Shown: one piece after another, positions 1-12,719 of the stretch
Numbering within the stretch: the first letter of the stretch is position 1
Layout of the letters: the number at the start of each line of letters is the position of its first letter
Origin: Phoronis australis
Taxonomy: Eukaryota > Animalia > Phoronida
NCBI GenBank assembly: GCA_002633005.1
Contig: NMRA01000812.1
Span: 1-64,000, forward strand
DNA length: 64,000 bases
Direction of reading: 5' to 3'
The notes under the pieces: generated by a model
Seen by the model: the letters and a program-made list of their open reading frames with translations, nothing else
What the model was told of the DNA's origin: nothing
Databases searched by the model: none
Program-made: the position numbers and the translations under genes

Positions 1-157
1 CCTGCGGTGTGGTAAATGTATTCGGCGTTGTCGGTCTCATTGCTCGACGCCGGAGACCAGCCACGTCTGAATGTCCCCATCTCTTCTATGTCCGAAGAGT
101 ATGTTGGTTTGCAGTTGTTTATGAAGGACGCTACAGCACCAGACATTCTGCAGTTTT
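1..157 (-). CDS. PKD1-like exon (TOP/polycystin domain; runs off the window)
   Basis: Acceptor ttttcag at 158-159; translates (E)NCRMSGAVASFINNCKPTYSSDIEEMGTFRRGWSPASSNETDNAEYIYHTA. Confidence 0.85.
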
Positions 158-3100
158 CTGAAAAGATCGAGTTCCTTACATTTTAAGCGAAAGCATCGTG
201 TTCTAACACCTATCAACTTGTATACAAACACGCCCTTCTAGAGATCTGAACATTCAAGTTACTAGATTTTAGCGGTTGGCATAAAGTACAATGCACGACA
301 AATTATTTACCTTCACGTATCCTTAGCTGCCGAATTGTCGCGTGACCCATAATTCTGGAGACCCTATCATCAAAGTAACCTCTGTGAAATAACGGCTGGC
401 CTCCGTTGTACCACGTTGAAGCACGGACGCCAGGTATAAAAACTTCCTTCAGCCAAGTATAAAAGGAATCAGTTTTGATAATCTGAAATAGCAAGTCAGA
501 ATGCACGTGTACCTTTAGATTTAGAAGAAATACATGGGTAACATGATATTCAGCAATTATAGAAAAAATAATAGCAGGCGGTGTGGTACACGTGCTCCGG
601 TGTGCACATTGCAATGATCTCCGGAACCATTTTTATGCTTTATTACTATACAGGTAACGCTGAGGTGAGTGGCTAGAGACCTGACTCAAGGGTCTGGCAA
701 TGTGCTCTAGAGGGACTAGAACTCACGACCTTCAGTAAAGGAAGCGGGCATCTATCCCATTAGACCACCCCCACTGCCTCCTCTAATGCACCAATCAGGA
801 GACAGTAGTGCCCACACGTGTTGGCTGACCATTGACTTACTTGGATTATACAAGAATAACCAACTGTCCTGTTTACAGGAATTTCACAAAATTAATAATA
901 ACAGCCCAAATTACAGAAATCTACCGTTTAATAACGCCACTTAAAAATCCACGACAGACAATCGTCTTCAATGCATGTCCTTTGTGCGTGAAACGTTACT
1001 CCATGTCGTCTGCATATTAGTTGATTGGGACCTTCAGCGTGGTTTCCGCACTCAAATGTGGTGTCTGCATTCTGACGTAGTTTGCAGGTTTGTAAATATC
1101 CAAGGCTGCGTTCCGTAGACCCAAGAAACTCGCGAAAATTAAGATCAGCAAGACGTAGGGAGACAACGTGATGTATTTAATAGGCGCACCCAGGAGGGCT
1201 TGGGGGGCTCGAACAAGCTCCCCCTCCCACCCCCCACTTGGCGTAGTGGGCAAAAAGGTCCGCCCATGAGAAACAAAAATCCGACAAAATGAGACAAAAG
1301 TCCACCAAACAAGCACAAACACGCAATTCACAGTGGTGTCCCGGTTTTATATTTTAGTCCGNCCCCCCCCCCCCCCATATTGAAGGCTGGGTGCGCGCAT
1401 GAATTACAACCTAAACATGTGCGAGTGTCTTAATCTACAGAAAGCAGCCAAGCAGTGATCGTCAAACATACGAAATTTTTGGTAACTAAGTCTATTGCTA
1501 ATAGATAATACTAGGTTGCTATAGAGAGATAACAACGTTGGTCAGTAGATATTTAAAAGAAATCGCGTGAAAAAAGAAAAAAAAAAACAGGTCCTTAAGA
1601 GTCAAAAGATGTTTACCGTACTTTGACCTTCAAAAGGTATAATTTCCTGAAGTCACATTTGCAAGTTTGAATGTGTGCAGTGGCAGAAAGCTGTTTCGTG
1701 TTTTCGTTACTTATTTCGTCTCCTTCTTAGGAAAACAGTTCTCCTTTTCCGAAGACACGTAGTTCAAAAATTCAAAGATTAGTTGATCGGATGTTAGTAA
1801 ACGAGGATTTCAAACCAAATGATTTCCGGGTAAAAGAATGTTTGTACCGCGGAACATCCCAGTGTCTTTTGATAGTGCTCCATTCGTATTATGTATTTAG
1901 GTTAAGATATTATCGACATTAGATCATTATGATTTATTGTGCAGTGAATGTGTGTATGCACAGCCATTATTGCTAAAATTAGAGCAAGATTTTGTAAACT
2001 TTGTACGTTACCTTCTTAAATTGGGCATTCGGATTGTTTGGAGGGCTAATGAAGAACTTTTCCAGGCCTTCTTTCATTTTGTATGCATTTGGGTCCCTGT
2101 TACTATGGCTAACAACGATGAGTAACCATAGGAATATGACGTAGAAAATTATCTCTCTCAGAATATCGAACATCTTGATTTCTTTCAATCTCTTCTCCCT
2201 TGCTGCCTCCAGGACTGAAGGCTCTGGCGGTTTATAGGCGATCTTGCGTGGTTTGGCCGCTCCGTAGGCTAAATAAAAGGATGGTCAATCGTTACCATGG
2301 TTCTGCAATACCATACTCCAAAATAGTTAAAGACGACATTATACTGTATATTTCCCATCACAGAACCAGTGCTGTGTTGGGGCGTAGGCGCACGTAGGCG
2401 CAGCCAACCACCTTTTGGCGTTTGAACGAAGCGCCTACGCACCGTAAGTTACGTTCAGTGCTCAAGGTGATACGGTGGGCTTAGGGCGCCTACTTACCTC
2501 TAATTTTACCACTACAGCACTGCACAGAACTAGAGGTTTTCGTACCATGTGAGTGTGGAAGTGAAAACGAAACCGAGAATTTGACTATAAACCATGGTTT
2601 CTGACGTCCCTTTGCATGCACAGCCTGGTATCTAATATTCGAACACGACCCTCTCTACTTCGGTACGAACTCAAAATAAATGTCTATGGCTGTGGGTTCG
2701 AGTACATCATGTTTACGAAGAAATTCTAAGTCTACGTTTGCACGTGATTATCCATATGTATAAGTAACTAACTCGAGTCCAGACTAATTTTCTGGACTCG
2801 AAAATAAACTTAAAATGCCGGAGTTGTGAAATGCGGACTAGGATTAGACATTAACCCATGTAAAGCACACACATATACACTAGAAAATGATAATGTAACT
2901 CAAAGAAGAAAATATCAAAATTGATTTGAAGTTCATGCTGTAGTTAGGAGAATAGATCCCGAGTAAGGGCTGAGTCTCGTAGACGCAAGAGTTTCGCAAG
3001 GACGGTAAATGCGATCACGTACTTTGTAAAACATGTCGGTGTCCTGTGAAGTCACGCGTGATCTTGTTTCCGAGAAGTTCTCGCGTGTACGGTACGCACG

Positions 3101-5768
3101 TCCGGTCATCCGTAACTTAATCAAATCAGGAGAAAAAATGCAAGTTTTACAGACCAATGAGAGAACCTAGAATGTCACAAGTACACTATAGTATACTTTC
3201 ACGTGACAAAGAAAATTTCGTGTCAATGTATCGCTCATTTTCCGCCACTCACAAGGATCTTTTTTGTGAAGCCACTGTTCGTCGAAGGAAAGTTGAGGCT
3301 CTTCTTCGTCCTGTTCCCCCTCTTCTTCTTCCTCAGTGGAGGGATTTTTTATAACCAGAGCGAAGAACGCAGCCAACAAGATCACCTAAAGTAATTTAAG
3401 GGGATATAGTTAGTTTTTTAACCAGTTCCATATTCGGAGAATGTGACCTTAGATCTTATACAGTAAATAAGTAAGTAATTTCTTGTTATAGTGACATGTG
3501 TTCAAATGAATTTAAACGATAAATTCGTAACAAAACAGGAACACCCAGCCCACCACGGAGCTTATAAGTCACTTTAGATACATGAAAAACAAAAAGAAAA
3601 AACGTAAGTACTCGCATTGCAAAAGGATCAAAAAGAGAACACAGTGAAAAAAGTGATCATATTCAAATAAATTTTTCCTTACTTCAATAAGTATTTTTGA
3701 TGAAAATTGCAGTTTTTCTGATAACATCTTTTTGTATAACTGAAATTAATTTACTTTTACAGCTTTCTGCACGAAATCGTGGATATTTCATTTCAATTTG
3801 AGAGTGAAAGGTGTTTATGGCTTCTAAGAAAAACAGACACTCAAACTGAAAATATACTTCAGTTCGACCTGGCCAGTGTAACAAAGACAGCAAATTTTAT
3901 ATCAAATTTCTGAGAACGAAAACGCCCAACCTCAATCAATAGCTGCAGGGTTCCGGGTCCAATTTGAGCAAGAATTGACCTACTAAGCCGAGTTAAGTCT
4001 AACTGCAGGTAAGGCTCAAATTCAGAAACATTCTTCATCTTAAGTTAACTTTGGTTTCGAACTGCATTTAAACAACAACCTATTACAAGCCAAATCATGC
4101 AGAATATTCTTGCAGTGAGAGAGATTAACTGAACATAATTTATGAAAACAATTCGAAATCCCTAACTCTTCAAAAATGTTCAAAACTTCAGAAGACCATT
4201 TATTTGTACAGTAGTCCCACTAAAATATTCGCTGTGTTAGTCAATCTTCCTTGAAATTAATAAACGATTCCACATTCTCAAAAGCTCATTTCTCCTCCTC
4301 ACGCTGGATAATTCCCATCCCATCTAACCCATAACAGAGTGACCAGGAGCGAATATGTGAACGCCTAAGAAAATCGACCGGCTCTTTTCCGAATGACATA
4401 GTCCTATAAACTAGAGCCATCTTCATTAGATATCGTCTTGACGGCATTGAGGTGACCCAGGAGGAGTGTTTTTGAATTTCCAATAGCCTGACCCAGTTTC
4501 CAGTGCTTTCATCGACTTTGCTCGTGCGTTTTGTAATGGCCGCTTTAACTTTATCCAAAGAAATCTCGTCTTCTGACACCGACACTGATGCTTTTTTCTG
4601 TGGCAGTTAAGACGTTTTCAACACAGAGAGACTCACATGAGAATAAACAACAAAGTTGAACCAAAAACTGTCTTAAAAGGCACTTGTGCAAAGCAATAGT
4701 GATGAAAATGACACAGAATTCCGAAGGTCGACCTCTCAGCTGCCGAGCACGCGCACCTACAACTGGACATTGCGTGGCTCAACTTAAAGCAACAATTACC
4801 CATGCGTTCTGTCAAAAATATTTTGGCCACTAAACGTTATATCAATTACCTCTCCTTACTTAATTTATAAGGGATTTCGGACTCGGGAAGAATTACTTCA
4901 GAATACGTTTATTAAGTTGCAGGTCACGGCGAGAACACTTCAGCTCAGCTCAGACTCGAAAGATCGAGATATTCAAATGTTGGATATGTTTAGGCGAACT
5001 GCTGCCACCAATTTCACATCTAACATATGACAATAATGTCGCTTTGGAAGCGTTTGGGAACTGGAAAGTTGTCTTGGACACGAGAACATAGTTTACAGTC
5101 GCTTTGATTACATAGTTCTGTCTTATGTACATGTACGGCTGTCAAGCCCTTTTGATTTAGCGATGCTGCAGCATGCATCATGCAATTTTAAAACAACTTA
5201 CCTTCAACGGCTGTGTGAAGAATACAGACATGAAGAAGGAGATCACCATGGAGGTTATCCATGCCCGCGTTTTCTCGTCACCCCATGTGATACCGTAGAA
5301 GAGTACAAATGTACCGGAAGCAAACACGGAGAGCCAAAGGACGATCCAAGAAGGGATGATACACCACCAAGGTAACTCGAATTTTTTCTTGCCTTGCTTT
5401 TTCTCAGGTGACTTTAGCGGCATCTCGACTTCAACTTCTGTAAAGGATGATGATGGGCGAGACTCGGCTGTAATGAACGAAAGTACCTCATCGCCATAAA
5501 TCATCATCATGATTCTTTTGGAGCTTTTTCGGTGCGATCGAAATTTGTTGTCGGTTGATTGAAGCTTGTAGCGTTGCCATATGTATGAGTAAAGAAACAA
5601 AGGATATACTTCAATGAAACAAGTACTTTTATAAGTGACTTGATTGTGGATTGGGAAAAGTCATAGTAGACCAAGTCTTCAAACATATTGCATACCTGTA
5701 CTGTTGATGTCTACCATAGAGTTAGCAACAGCGTTGTACTTCATCGCTTCTGAAATTCTGGNCACTAG
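1..5768 (-). CDS. Polycystin-1 family (PKD1L2-like) gene, internal/3' coding exons; continues past the window start
   Basis: Exons with GT-AG junctions and matching phases: ~5768-5696 (tentative, contains an n), 5467-5202, 3385-3253, 2268-2012, 482-311, 157-<1. They translate to ...KKKFELPWWCIIPSW...FYGITWGDEKTRAWITSMVISFFMSVFFTQPLK/VILLAAFFALVIK.../...REKRLKEIKMFDILREIIFYVIFLWLLIVVSHSNRD.../...FYTWLKEVFIPG...SRIMGHATIRQLRIRE/NCRM.... These are hallmark PKD1-family TM and TOP-domain motifs (LPWWC, QPLKV, RQLR). Confidence 0.9.
311..482 (-). CDS. PKD1-like exon
   Basis: IIKTDSFYTWLKEVFIPGVRASTWYNGG...RIMGHATIRQLRIRE; 172 nt, flanked by tttcag and gtaaat. Confidence 0.9.
650..785 (-). mobile_element. 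tRNA-derived SINE fragment
   Basis: The reverse complement reads ggaggcagtggggtggtctaatgggatagatgcccgcttcc...aaggtcgtgagttctagtccc, giving Pol III A-box-like and B-box-like motifs followed by a non-tRNA body. Confidence 0.6.
1182..1399. mobile_element. MITE-like element
   Basis: Imperfect terminal inverted repeats aggcgcacccag...ctgggtgcgcgc, with G-rich and C-rich subterminal tracts. Confidence 0.5.
2012..2268 (-). CDS. PKD1-like exon (first channel-domain TM helix)
   Basis: YGAAKPRKIAYKPPEPSVLEAAREKRLKEIKMFDILREIIFYVIFLWLLIVVSHSNRDPNAY...; 257 nt, AG/GT flanks. Confidence 0.9.
2367..2522. mobile_element. hAT-type MITE with 8-bp TSD
   Basis: TIRs cagtgctgtgttgg / ccactacagcactg; perfect 8-bp direct repeat CACAGAAC at 2359-2366 and 2523-2530; second copy at 51621-51786. 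Confidence 0.85.
3253..3385 (-). CDS. PKD1-like exon
   Basis: VILLAAFFALVIKNPSTEEEEEGEQDEEEPQLSFDEQWLHKKDP; 133 nt, flanked by tttag and gtgagt. Confidence 0.88.
5202..5467 (-). CDS. PKD1-like exon (two TM helices)
   Basis: AESRPSSS...LPWWCIIPSWIVLWLSVFASGTFVLFYGITWGDEKTRAWITSMVISFFMSVFFTQPLK; 266 nt, flanked by ttacag and gtaagt. Confidence 0.9.
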
Positions 5769-6533
5769 CTGGGAAGTGAAATTTTTGGGACATTATCGGC
5801 TATAAAATGAATTTACTGAGACCAGTTTCAGAGCGGAGTCAACCTGGGATGCTTGCAATCAAAAGCTCTTCTGGCGGAGTTGAACACCGCTCGATTAATT
5901 GCAAAGGAGTGTATTCAAATTTAACTGGAAGGCAACGGCAACTGAATTGACGTGGCTGTTTCATAGCTCTTGTAAACCTAGTAACTTCGAAAGACCTATT
6001 CCGTCCAGCAATAACCCCAAACATGCGTTTAAAACCGAAACCGTCTTGTTAAAGATACTCTGAGATTTCGGCAATACGAACAACTCCGTTAGTGTTTTCC
6101 TAAAATCATTTTCTGATATTCGTGTTTCATAGTATTGAGGTGAAAATTTTGGGGCTCCATAATATTCTCGATATTAGACTGTGAAACAAACTAAATTTAC
6201 ATTTTACTTTTAAATTTTATCGTGTGTTGCGGCATGGCTATTTCATTTGTTTTCTCCATCCACACATTTCAGTACAGTCGAGTTGTGATACTTAGAAAAA
6301 AAATAATCCGCGCACAAGCATCCTGGGTTTTAAACGAATCGCCAGTAGAGATTAAGTAAGGGGTAACCAATTTTGTTCATAGTGACAATTACTATGGATT
6401 CCACGCACATTTTATTATTATATACCCGAGTATAACAAATCGGCGCACTTTGATCACTCACACAAACAAGTGTTGCCTGGTTTATTATCAATAAAGAAAA
6501 AGGTTTTTCGAGGAGGCACTCCATTCTGTTCTG

Positions 6534-7030
6534 TCAATAATCCTTTTGACAGGACCAGCAGCAAAGCGAAAAATGTCCTCGTGGCGGACGGCTGTTACTC
6601 GGTAGACTTTCGCTCGATACGACAGCTGAACTTTGCTTTCTCATCATTTGTCGTGTGAGTCTTCTAAAAAAACTATTTGTCTTGTTGTTGCGCGTGCTTG
6701 TGACTGGTTCCACAAGAGCATTCTCTGACTTAAGGGATTGTGTTGGCACAGGCACAGGTGAACCAATGACTCCCCGCTTCATTTCATCCGGCCAGACAAC
6801 GTCACCCTCGGCCAAACTGACTTTTTTAAACTGCTTCTCGATTTGAGTTGGGTGTTTTCTGTCGCCTGCTTTCTTGTGCCCTCTTACAGATGACTGCGCA
6901 CTGTTTAGCGCTTCTATATTTTGCTCCAAGATTTTCTTCGTTGTACCGAATATTTTTCTCGCAAGTTTCGGCTTCTTTCTCTTATCATTGAAGTTGACAA
7001 GTCTCTTTAGACATTGCCAACTGTACTATG
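6534..7030 (-). CDS. Possible upstream exon (K/S-rich cytoplasmic loop) of the PKD1-like gene
   Basis: About 165 codons open (WQCLKRLVNFNDKRKKPKLARK...GDVVWPDEMK...SSAVVSSES) with coding-like composition. Splice sites are not resolved and there is no diagnostic motif. Confidence 0.35.
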
Positions 7031-8677
7031 TGTGCAGCTCCGTTCACACCACGTTTGTCTTCCTCCCGTTGGTTTTCTTCGTCACCAAAGTCGAATTTTA
7101 TCTCAGTATGGAGGTCGATGGTTTTATAACGACACCTCGAGGAGACTTTCCAGGTATTTGACAATGTCTCTGTTGCAGGTTAACACAGATACGTAAACGT
7201 TCTTTTTCGATATTCACTGATTTAGAATATGTGGAACAAGGCGATGAGACCTCAAAGAACGAGCATTGAATCAGCGGCTCTTTGGCTTCCGCCATTTTGC
7301 TTCAGAGCGTGACCTATTATAGTGAAACTCATTCCGTTTCTGAGCTAAATGTCAATTACGCAATATTTCGCTAAAGGAATGTTCAAACCAATCCTAGTTA
7401 TGTTGAATAAAACTTAGTGTGATCTTTTTGATTTTAATTCACTGACAATTTGGATCATATTTTCATATTTCCTGCTGTCGGCCTATATTGGTGGCAGTAT
7501 GAAATAGGTGAGATGGTTACAGTGTCTTCATTGAAGTGCAAATTCGAGAATTAAGAAGGTGCAGTCCACAAAAATAATGATGTAATGTTCAAAGACAAGA
7601 GCTGTAGCTATCAGAGAGCTTAAATGAGCGACTCGGATTTTGCGGGCTTGAAATACATATGACTCTAACTACAGTAGGTCTAAATGGCTAGCTGGTTCTG
7701 GCCCGTGGAGGCACGGCATTCAAAATTTCTTAAACATATCAAAATACTTCATTCTGATTTATTATTGACATTCTTAATTTCAAAAAGAATAGAAGAGCTC
7801 CACTCAATCAAATTTTGATTTTTAAACCCCTGAAAAGTGGTTTAATTCCCATGAAAATGGGGCATTTTCAACGGTAGCGCACAAGAGGTCATGGCAATTT
7901 TTTCACCCGATTTAGTTATTCGTTATATATTTACAAAATGACAAAAGACATTTTATATTTTTGGAGCAAATTGCCTGATTCTCATGCAGTGACTCTAAAC
8001 GTGTATCAGTTGCGAGCTTTTCACCCTGTTCCTGTAATCTCGTACAGTAACTGAAATCTAATAAAACAATGCAGTCGGTGCCGGACTGAGTGAAATAGTA
8101 CATGTAAGTAACTTTCGAAAAACTTCACTCCGCGAAAAGAAGTCGATAAGATATTACGACCAATGGTGCACTAAAAACTCGGTTAAATCAAAAATGATAT
8201 CTGAATATGTATATTTGTACTCAGTCGCTTATTCTTTACGATGACATAGAAAAAGCATTTCCAGGTCCCTTAAGCCAGACCTACGTTTCTGTTTTTCGCT
8301 TAATTTAGCTGTCCCGTCACGTTGGTTAATTTGATGAGCGATTGACAAATTTCTGAGGATAATTGATGTTCCTCGTTGTGTAGAATAAACTTATGAATGA
8401 ATATAAGGAAATATGCTACTAGACACGATTTTTGTGAGCATTTTGTGTTTCGGTACCCGTAGATTTGTCATCAGCGCAAATACAAATTAATGCATTTAGA
8501 ATGTTAACATATTTTTATATCTACGATAATCTATCATAAGAGCCCTAGATCGATTTCTCAAGAGGTTGGTAAACAGTCTGGTGATTCGTAAAATATGCGT
8601 TTTGAGCATATTTCCTTATAGTTTATGTAGAAGGGTGGACTCAAGAGTTAGTACAACGCAATTTTAAACTTTCCGAC

Positions 8678-9489
8678 ATTGTGAGCATAAAAGGAATAAT
8701 TCTTTTCATTGCCCTGTTCGTCATTGTTCAAGCGAAGAGTTTGAAGAGTGATGCTGAAAAGCAATATGCGAAGCCTTCGAAGACAAAATCGAGAGGATCG
8801 ATCTCTGAAAGCGCGGAAAATGCGTCTCCATCATCTTCATCCTCCACTAATGTTGACGAAGAAAGTACAACAGTGACTAATGACGTAGGTTTTGCCGACT
8901 CGGGTGACGCAGGTAAGATTTCATTTTCGTTTCCTTTGCGATGGTTTTACGTTGTGGTGTATTTGTTGAATAACACACATACAGCTACAATATTCCTTGT
9001 CAATAAGTCATAATTTTGACGACAATGATAATGATGATGATGATAGTGATGATCACAGCCACCATTATCGTCATTATCATCATCATCATCGTCACAACCA
9101 CAGTTATCATCACCACCACATTCACAACCATCATCGTCACCTAAAATTTCCAACAGTACATGTGGCTGAAATTTGGTCATGGAATATTACATGTACACGT
9201 CTTACATAAACTTTACTGATCAGTTGGTGGAGTTGTTATCCCATTTATTGTGTGAACCACCAGATGCGCCATTTTTACGTTTCGATACTTCCACTTCAGG
9301 TTATATTTTGATACTTCCGGCTTAGGTTTCACTTGCTCTCTATCTATTTTCGTTGCTTCGAACAGCGTATGTTCCTGAACAGAAATAGTAAAGTATTGAA
9401 TGATGATTACGTTTTGTATATTTTCAGTGACTACAGGGCAACCTCTTTCCAATACGCGCAAAAGAATAGCCTCCGTGTTTTACGACTAG
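8678..9489 (+). CDS. Small secreted peptide-precursor-like gene, two exons (8678-8912, 9428-9489); start codon non-ATG or mutated
   Basis: Signal-peptide-like IVSIKGIILFIALFVIVQA followed by a Ser/acidic spacer. Strong donor GCAG|gtaaga (8912/8913); phase-matched acceptor ttttcag| (9427/9428) gives VTTGQPLSNTRKRIASVFYD*. No ATG lies between the upstream in-frame stop (8603-8605) and the hydrophobic stretch. Confidence 0.55.
9018..9140. repeat. Degenerate (GAT)n/(CAT)n trinucleotide microsatellite
   Basis: gacgacaatgataatgatgatgatgat... followed by catcatcatcatcgtcac...; lies in an intron. Confidence 0.8.
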
Positions 9490-10044
9490 ACCCTGAAAAG
9501 GAAGATAGAAGCTGGAGAAACTACTGACAAAAGACTCAATCGAATTTAACATTTCAAAAAGGCAAAATCCTGGATTCCAGCCTATTTGAATTAAAGAGCA
9601 GAAGTTTGAAGTAAAATATTTTTCAAACGTACAACAGTGGAGTAAATTGTTCATGCGAGTGAATTTAATCAGGAGATGTGAATTTTGGTGTATTTTACCT
9701 TAACATTATAAGTGTCACGTTTTCAAGAAATATGTACAAGATGGAATGATATAGATTTCAGTAATAGAAAGCTATTGATTATTAATCTTAAAACGGTTGT
9801 TGTACATGTAATTCTGATTCTCATGGACAGTCTCTCCTGCATTATGGACTATCATGTTCCACACACGGCAGTCGGACCTAAATTATATTTGTTATTTTCT
9901 GTTTGCTATGGTTGACAGTGTCACGAGCTTTCATCACCAGTAGTCTAATAGATGTGGCAATATATGGATCATTACGTGTATCTTTGTCCCGTCTTAAATG
10001 GTATAAACTGTTATCCAATGGGTCTCGACCAGCGGAATAATATG

Positions 10045-12719
10045 TGATACGTCGTAAAATGTAAGAATTTCGTAAAATGTAACAACTGTTACATTTTATG
10101 TCATTGTTACATTTTACATTGCTAGGCCTCTCCTAAAATGTAACGAGTTGTTACATTTTATGTAATTGTTACAATTTACGTAGAATGCACAAGCGAGAAA
10201 TGTACAATTGTTACATTTTACGAAAGCGACGTCATATTTTAGGAGTTTGCGTGGTATTTATCACACGGAGGAAAATCGTTCACACACTTAACGCCTTCTT
10301 TCTCGGATTGTATGAATGGAATTCTAGCAAATGTGTCAGGTCGAATTTATAGATGTGTCCCTTGCTTTCCATGGTTTTTTAACATGATAAATTTTGTGGC
10401 AAAGTTGAAGATATACAGCGTACAGCTTCAACTCCACACGAAAGAAGTTTCCTGGATCAGGTAACAAGTTTTTATTGTTAAAGCGTTCTTTGGTTGACGC
10501 TCACAGGTCAAAAACACACTTCTCTTGGTAAGCACAACAATGACATCGTATTTGGCTAATATTTTTCGTATTTTTTTGCTAACAAACGACAATATTTTTT
10601 TTCATGGAGAATTCAATTTCGGATGCCAGTTTGATAAAAAACACCAGTTTTAGTCCATGATAGTTTTGTGTATTTCAGCCAGTGTTTTATTGCCTTGGAG
10701 ACATCGCCAATGCAGTGATTGCCCTGCTCCACACAAAAGGAGCAATACCTAAATTTCTGTCTACCACCTTAGTTACGACTGACAATTTCTTAAAGACATT
10801 GTGGTGAAAGGAAATAAAAGCACGTACATGTATGTATTTGCTGACAAGCTGACAGATTTTGCCAAAGTAACAGCAAAAAAGGGCGAGCCAATAGTTTATA
10901 AATATGGCGGCCTAGTAACGTGCTATACAGTTTAAAAGCTGAAAGAAATGTCATTGATCATACATGTATGATGTCAAGCCTGTCTGAAATACTGGTGGTA
11001 ACAACAGGTCACACCGTGGCGCATACACGTGAAATGGGATGCCTAGCTAGGGAAAAAGAAAATATTTTGATCATTTTTCTCAAACCTGTTCTAGGGCAAT
11101 AGTCCAAAAAGCTGGCCTTCCGGACTATAAAAACTTGCACTTTCTCTTATCTTTTAAGATAAAATATGAATTAAAATTGCTATTTGGTCAATGTTCGTTA
11201 GTTCGAAGTACATAAAAATAAAGACAAAGATTGGACATTCTACTATTATTGGACGTGAAGTCACGTGTGTTATGAGGCGCCATTTATGTGTTACAGCTCG
11301 CTGATAAGATAATTTAGTACATTAACCTTTTGATACATTGCATTAAATGCTCATATTAAACATCGCTGACTTCGAAGTTTGTGGGTTTCGTTCCTTATTA
11401 TCCACTTTCAATAAAACATAGTTCAAATCATTATGTTGAATCACTGTTTTTCTGAGAATATTGGGGCCCGTTCTATATAAAATTGTTGCCTTTTTTGTAT
11501 ATCCGTAACCAGCTATTCTAATGACTCGGTGACTGCAACCGAGTAGTCGCTTGGTCTCAAAATATGGCTGCCTCCAAAGTTCAGCTTAAGGCAATTTTTG
11601 AACTGGGGGCCATGGAACGAGCTCCAGTTCTTTGACAAGGAATGTTTCCAACAAGAGACAAAACTGATTGCACGGTAGGTATCCTAACGTTTAGTTGTAA
11701 GTCTTGGGGAAAATATTGCGGTCTGAATTCAATTCTTCGTGGCAAACTACAGATGGATATAGTTTTATTTACAAACAATACAGTGCTTGCCGATAGTTAA
11801 AAATGATCAATTTTTGAAGTTGGTGCACGTCTTTAACAAGATTTTAAATATCAACCACCTCGTTTCCAAAAAGTAGCCCTACTCTGCATCCACAGCTGTC
11901 AAGACATTTCTCACAATATCGTTAAGGCTGAACGTAGGAACCCCTTTAAAATCCTTTTGGAACAGCACTCGCTGTCCACTATGGAAAACCCGATGAAAAC
12001 ATTAAACCATAAATGAGGTGGTTTTAAAATCTTTGAGAGCCATGATGTATTAGCACTTTGCTAAACATGTATTATGTGCTCGATAAATAAATTTAAAAAT
12101 ATTAATAATAACGATAACGAAAACGATACTTAGTAATAGCAGTGACAGTAGTTATAGCAGTAATAGTAGTAATAATAATATAAATCTAAAAAACTAATAG
12201 GTTGTCAAATTCATGTCATGTCAACTCAGAGGGCATTCCTGTAGAGAAAGTATACGAAAAAATGCATCCCAAAAGGGTGATTTTTCACAGAAAAAATACT
12301 CTCCAAAATGGTGCCATTTTCGGCAAAATTATGTCTTGAACAGAAGTCAATTTTTACACAAAGTTGCCTCTAAACAGGTCAATTTTTTGTCCGAGCCCCC
12401 TCTAAACGGGTACTAAGGTATTCAAATACTCCAGTACCCTCTGGCCTTGTCAGATACCCCTTGAATGTTCGTGATTTTGGTCAGTTTCTTTGCAATATGA
12501 CGTGGGTTTCGTAAAATATAACAATGGTATATTTCTCGCAAGCGCGTTCGACGTGAAATGTAACAACTACGGAAAATGTAACAGATCTTTACATTTTAGG
12601 AGAGGCTCAGCACCGTAAATTGTACCAATGAAAATGTAACAACTCTTACATTTTACGAAATTGTTACATTTTACGAAATTGTTACATTTTACGAAATTGT
12701 TACATTTTACGGCGTATCA
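10045..12719. mobile_element. Non-autonomous DNA transposon with long modular TIRs, TG..CA ends and 6-bp TSD
   Basis: Ends tgatacgtcgtaaaatgtaa / ttacattttacggcgtatca; ~200-bp imperfect TIRs built of (cgt)aaaatgtaacaa repeats; AATATG duplicated at 10039-10044 and 12720-12725; no transposase ORF seen. Confidence 0.85.

Noticed and set aside
5839-6024. ORF containing RFTR, reminiscent of the PKD1 'SRFTRxQR' motif
   Set aside because: It lacks the flanking HLW and following TM residues and has no supporting splice sites; probably coincidental.
7675-8283. Possible TAG-ended TIR element (taggtct...agaccta)
   Set aside because: Only ~7-10 bp of inverted match and no clear TSD; insufficient support.
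8997-9209. Asp/His-rich ORF resembling a metal-binding peptide
   Set aside because: It is the translation of a (GAT)/(CAT) microsatellite within an intron; no phase-compatible acceptor links it to exon 1 of the secreted gene.
12640-12712. 18-bp tandem repeats superficially like a CRISPR array
   Set aside because: There are no unique spacers and no cas genes; the repeats are subterminal repeats of the 10045-12719 transposon.
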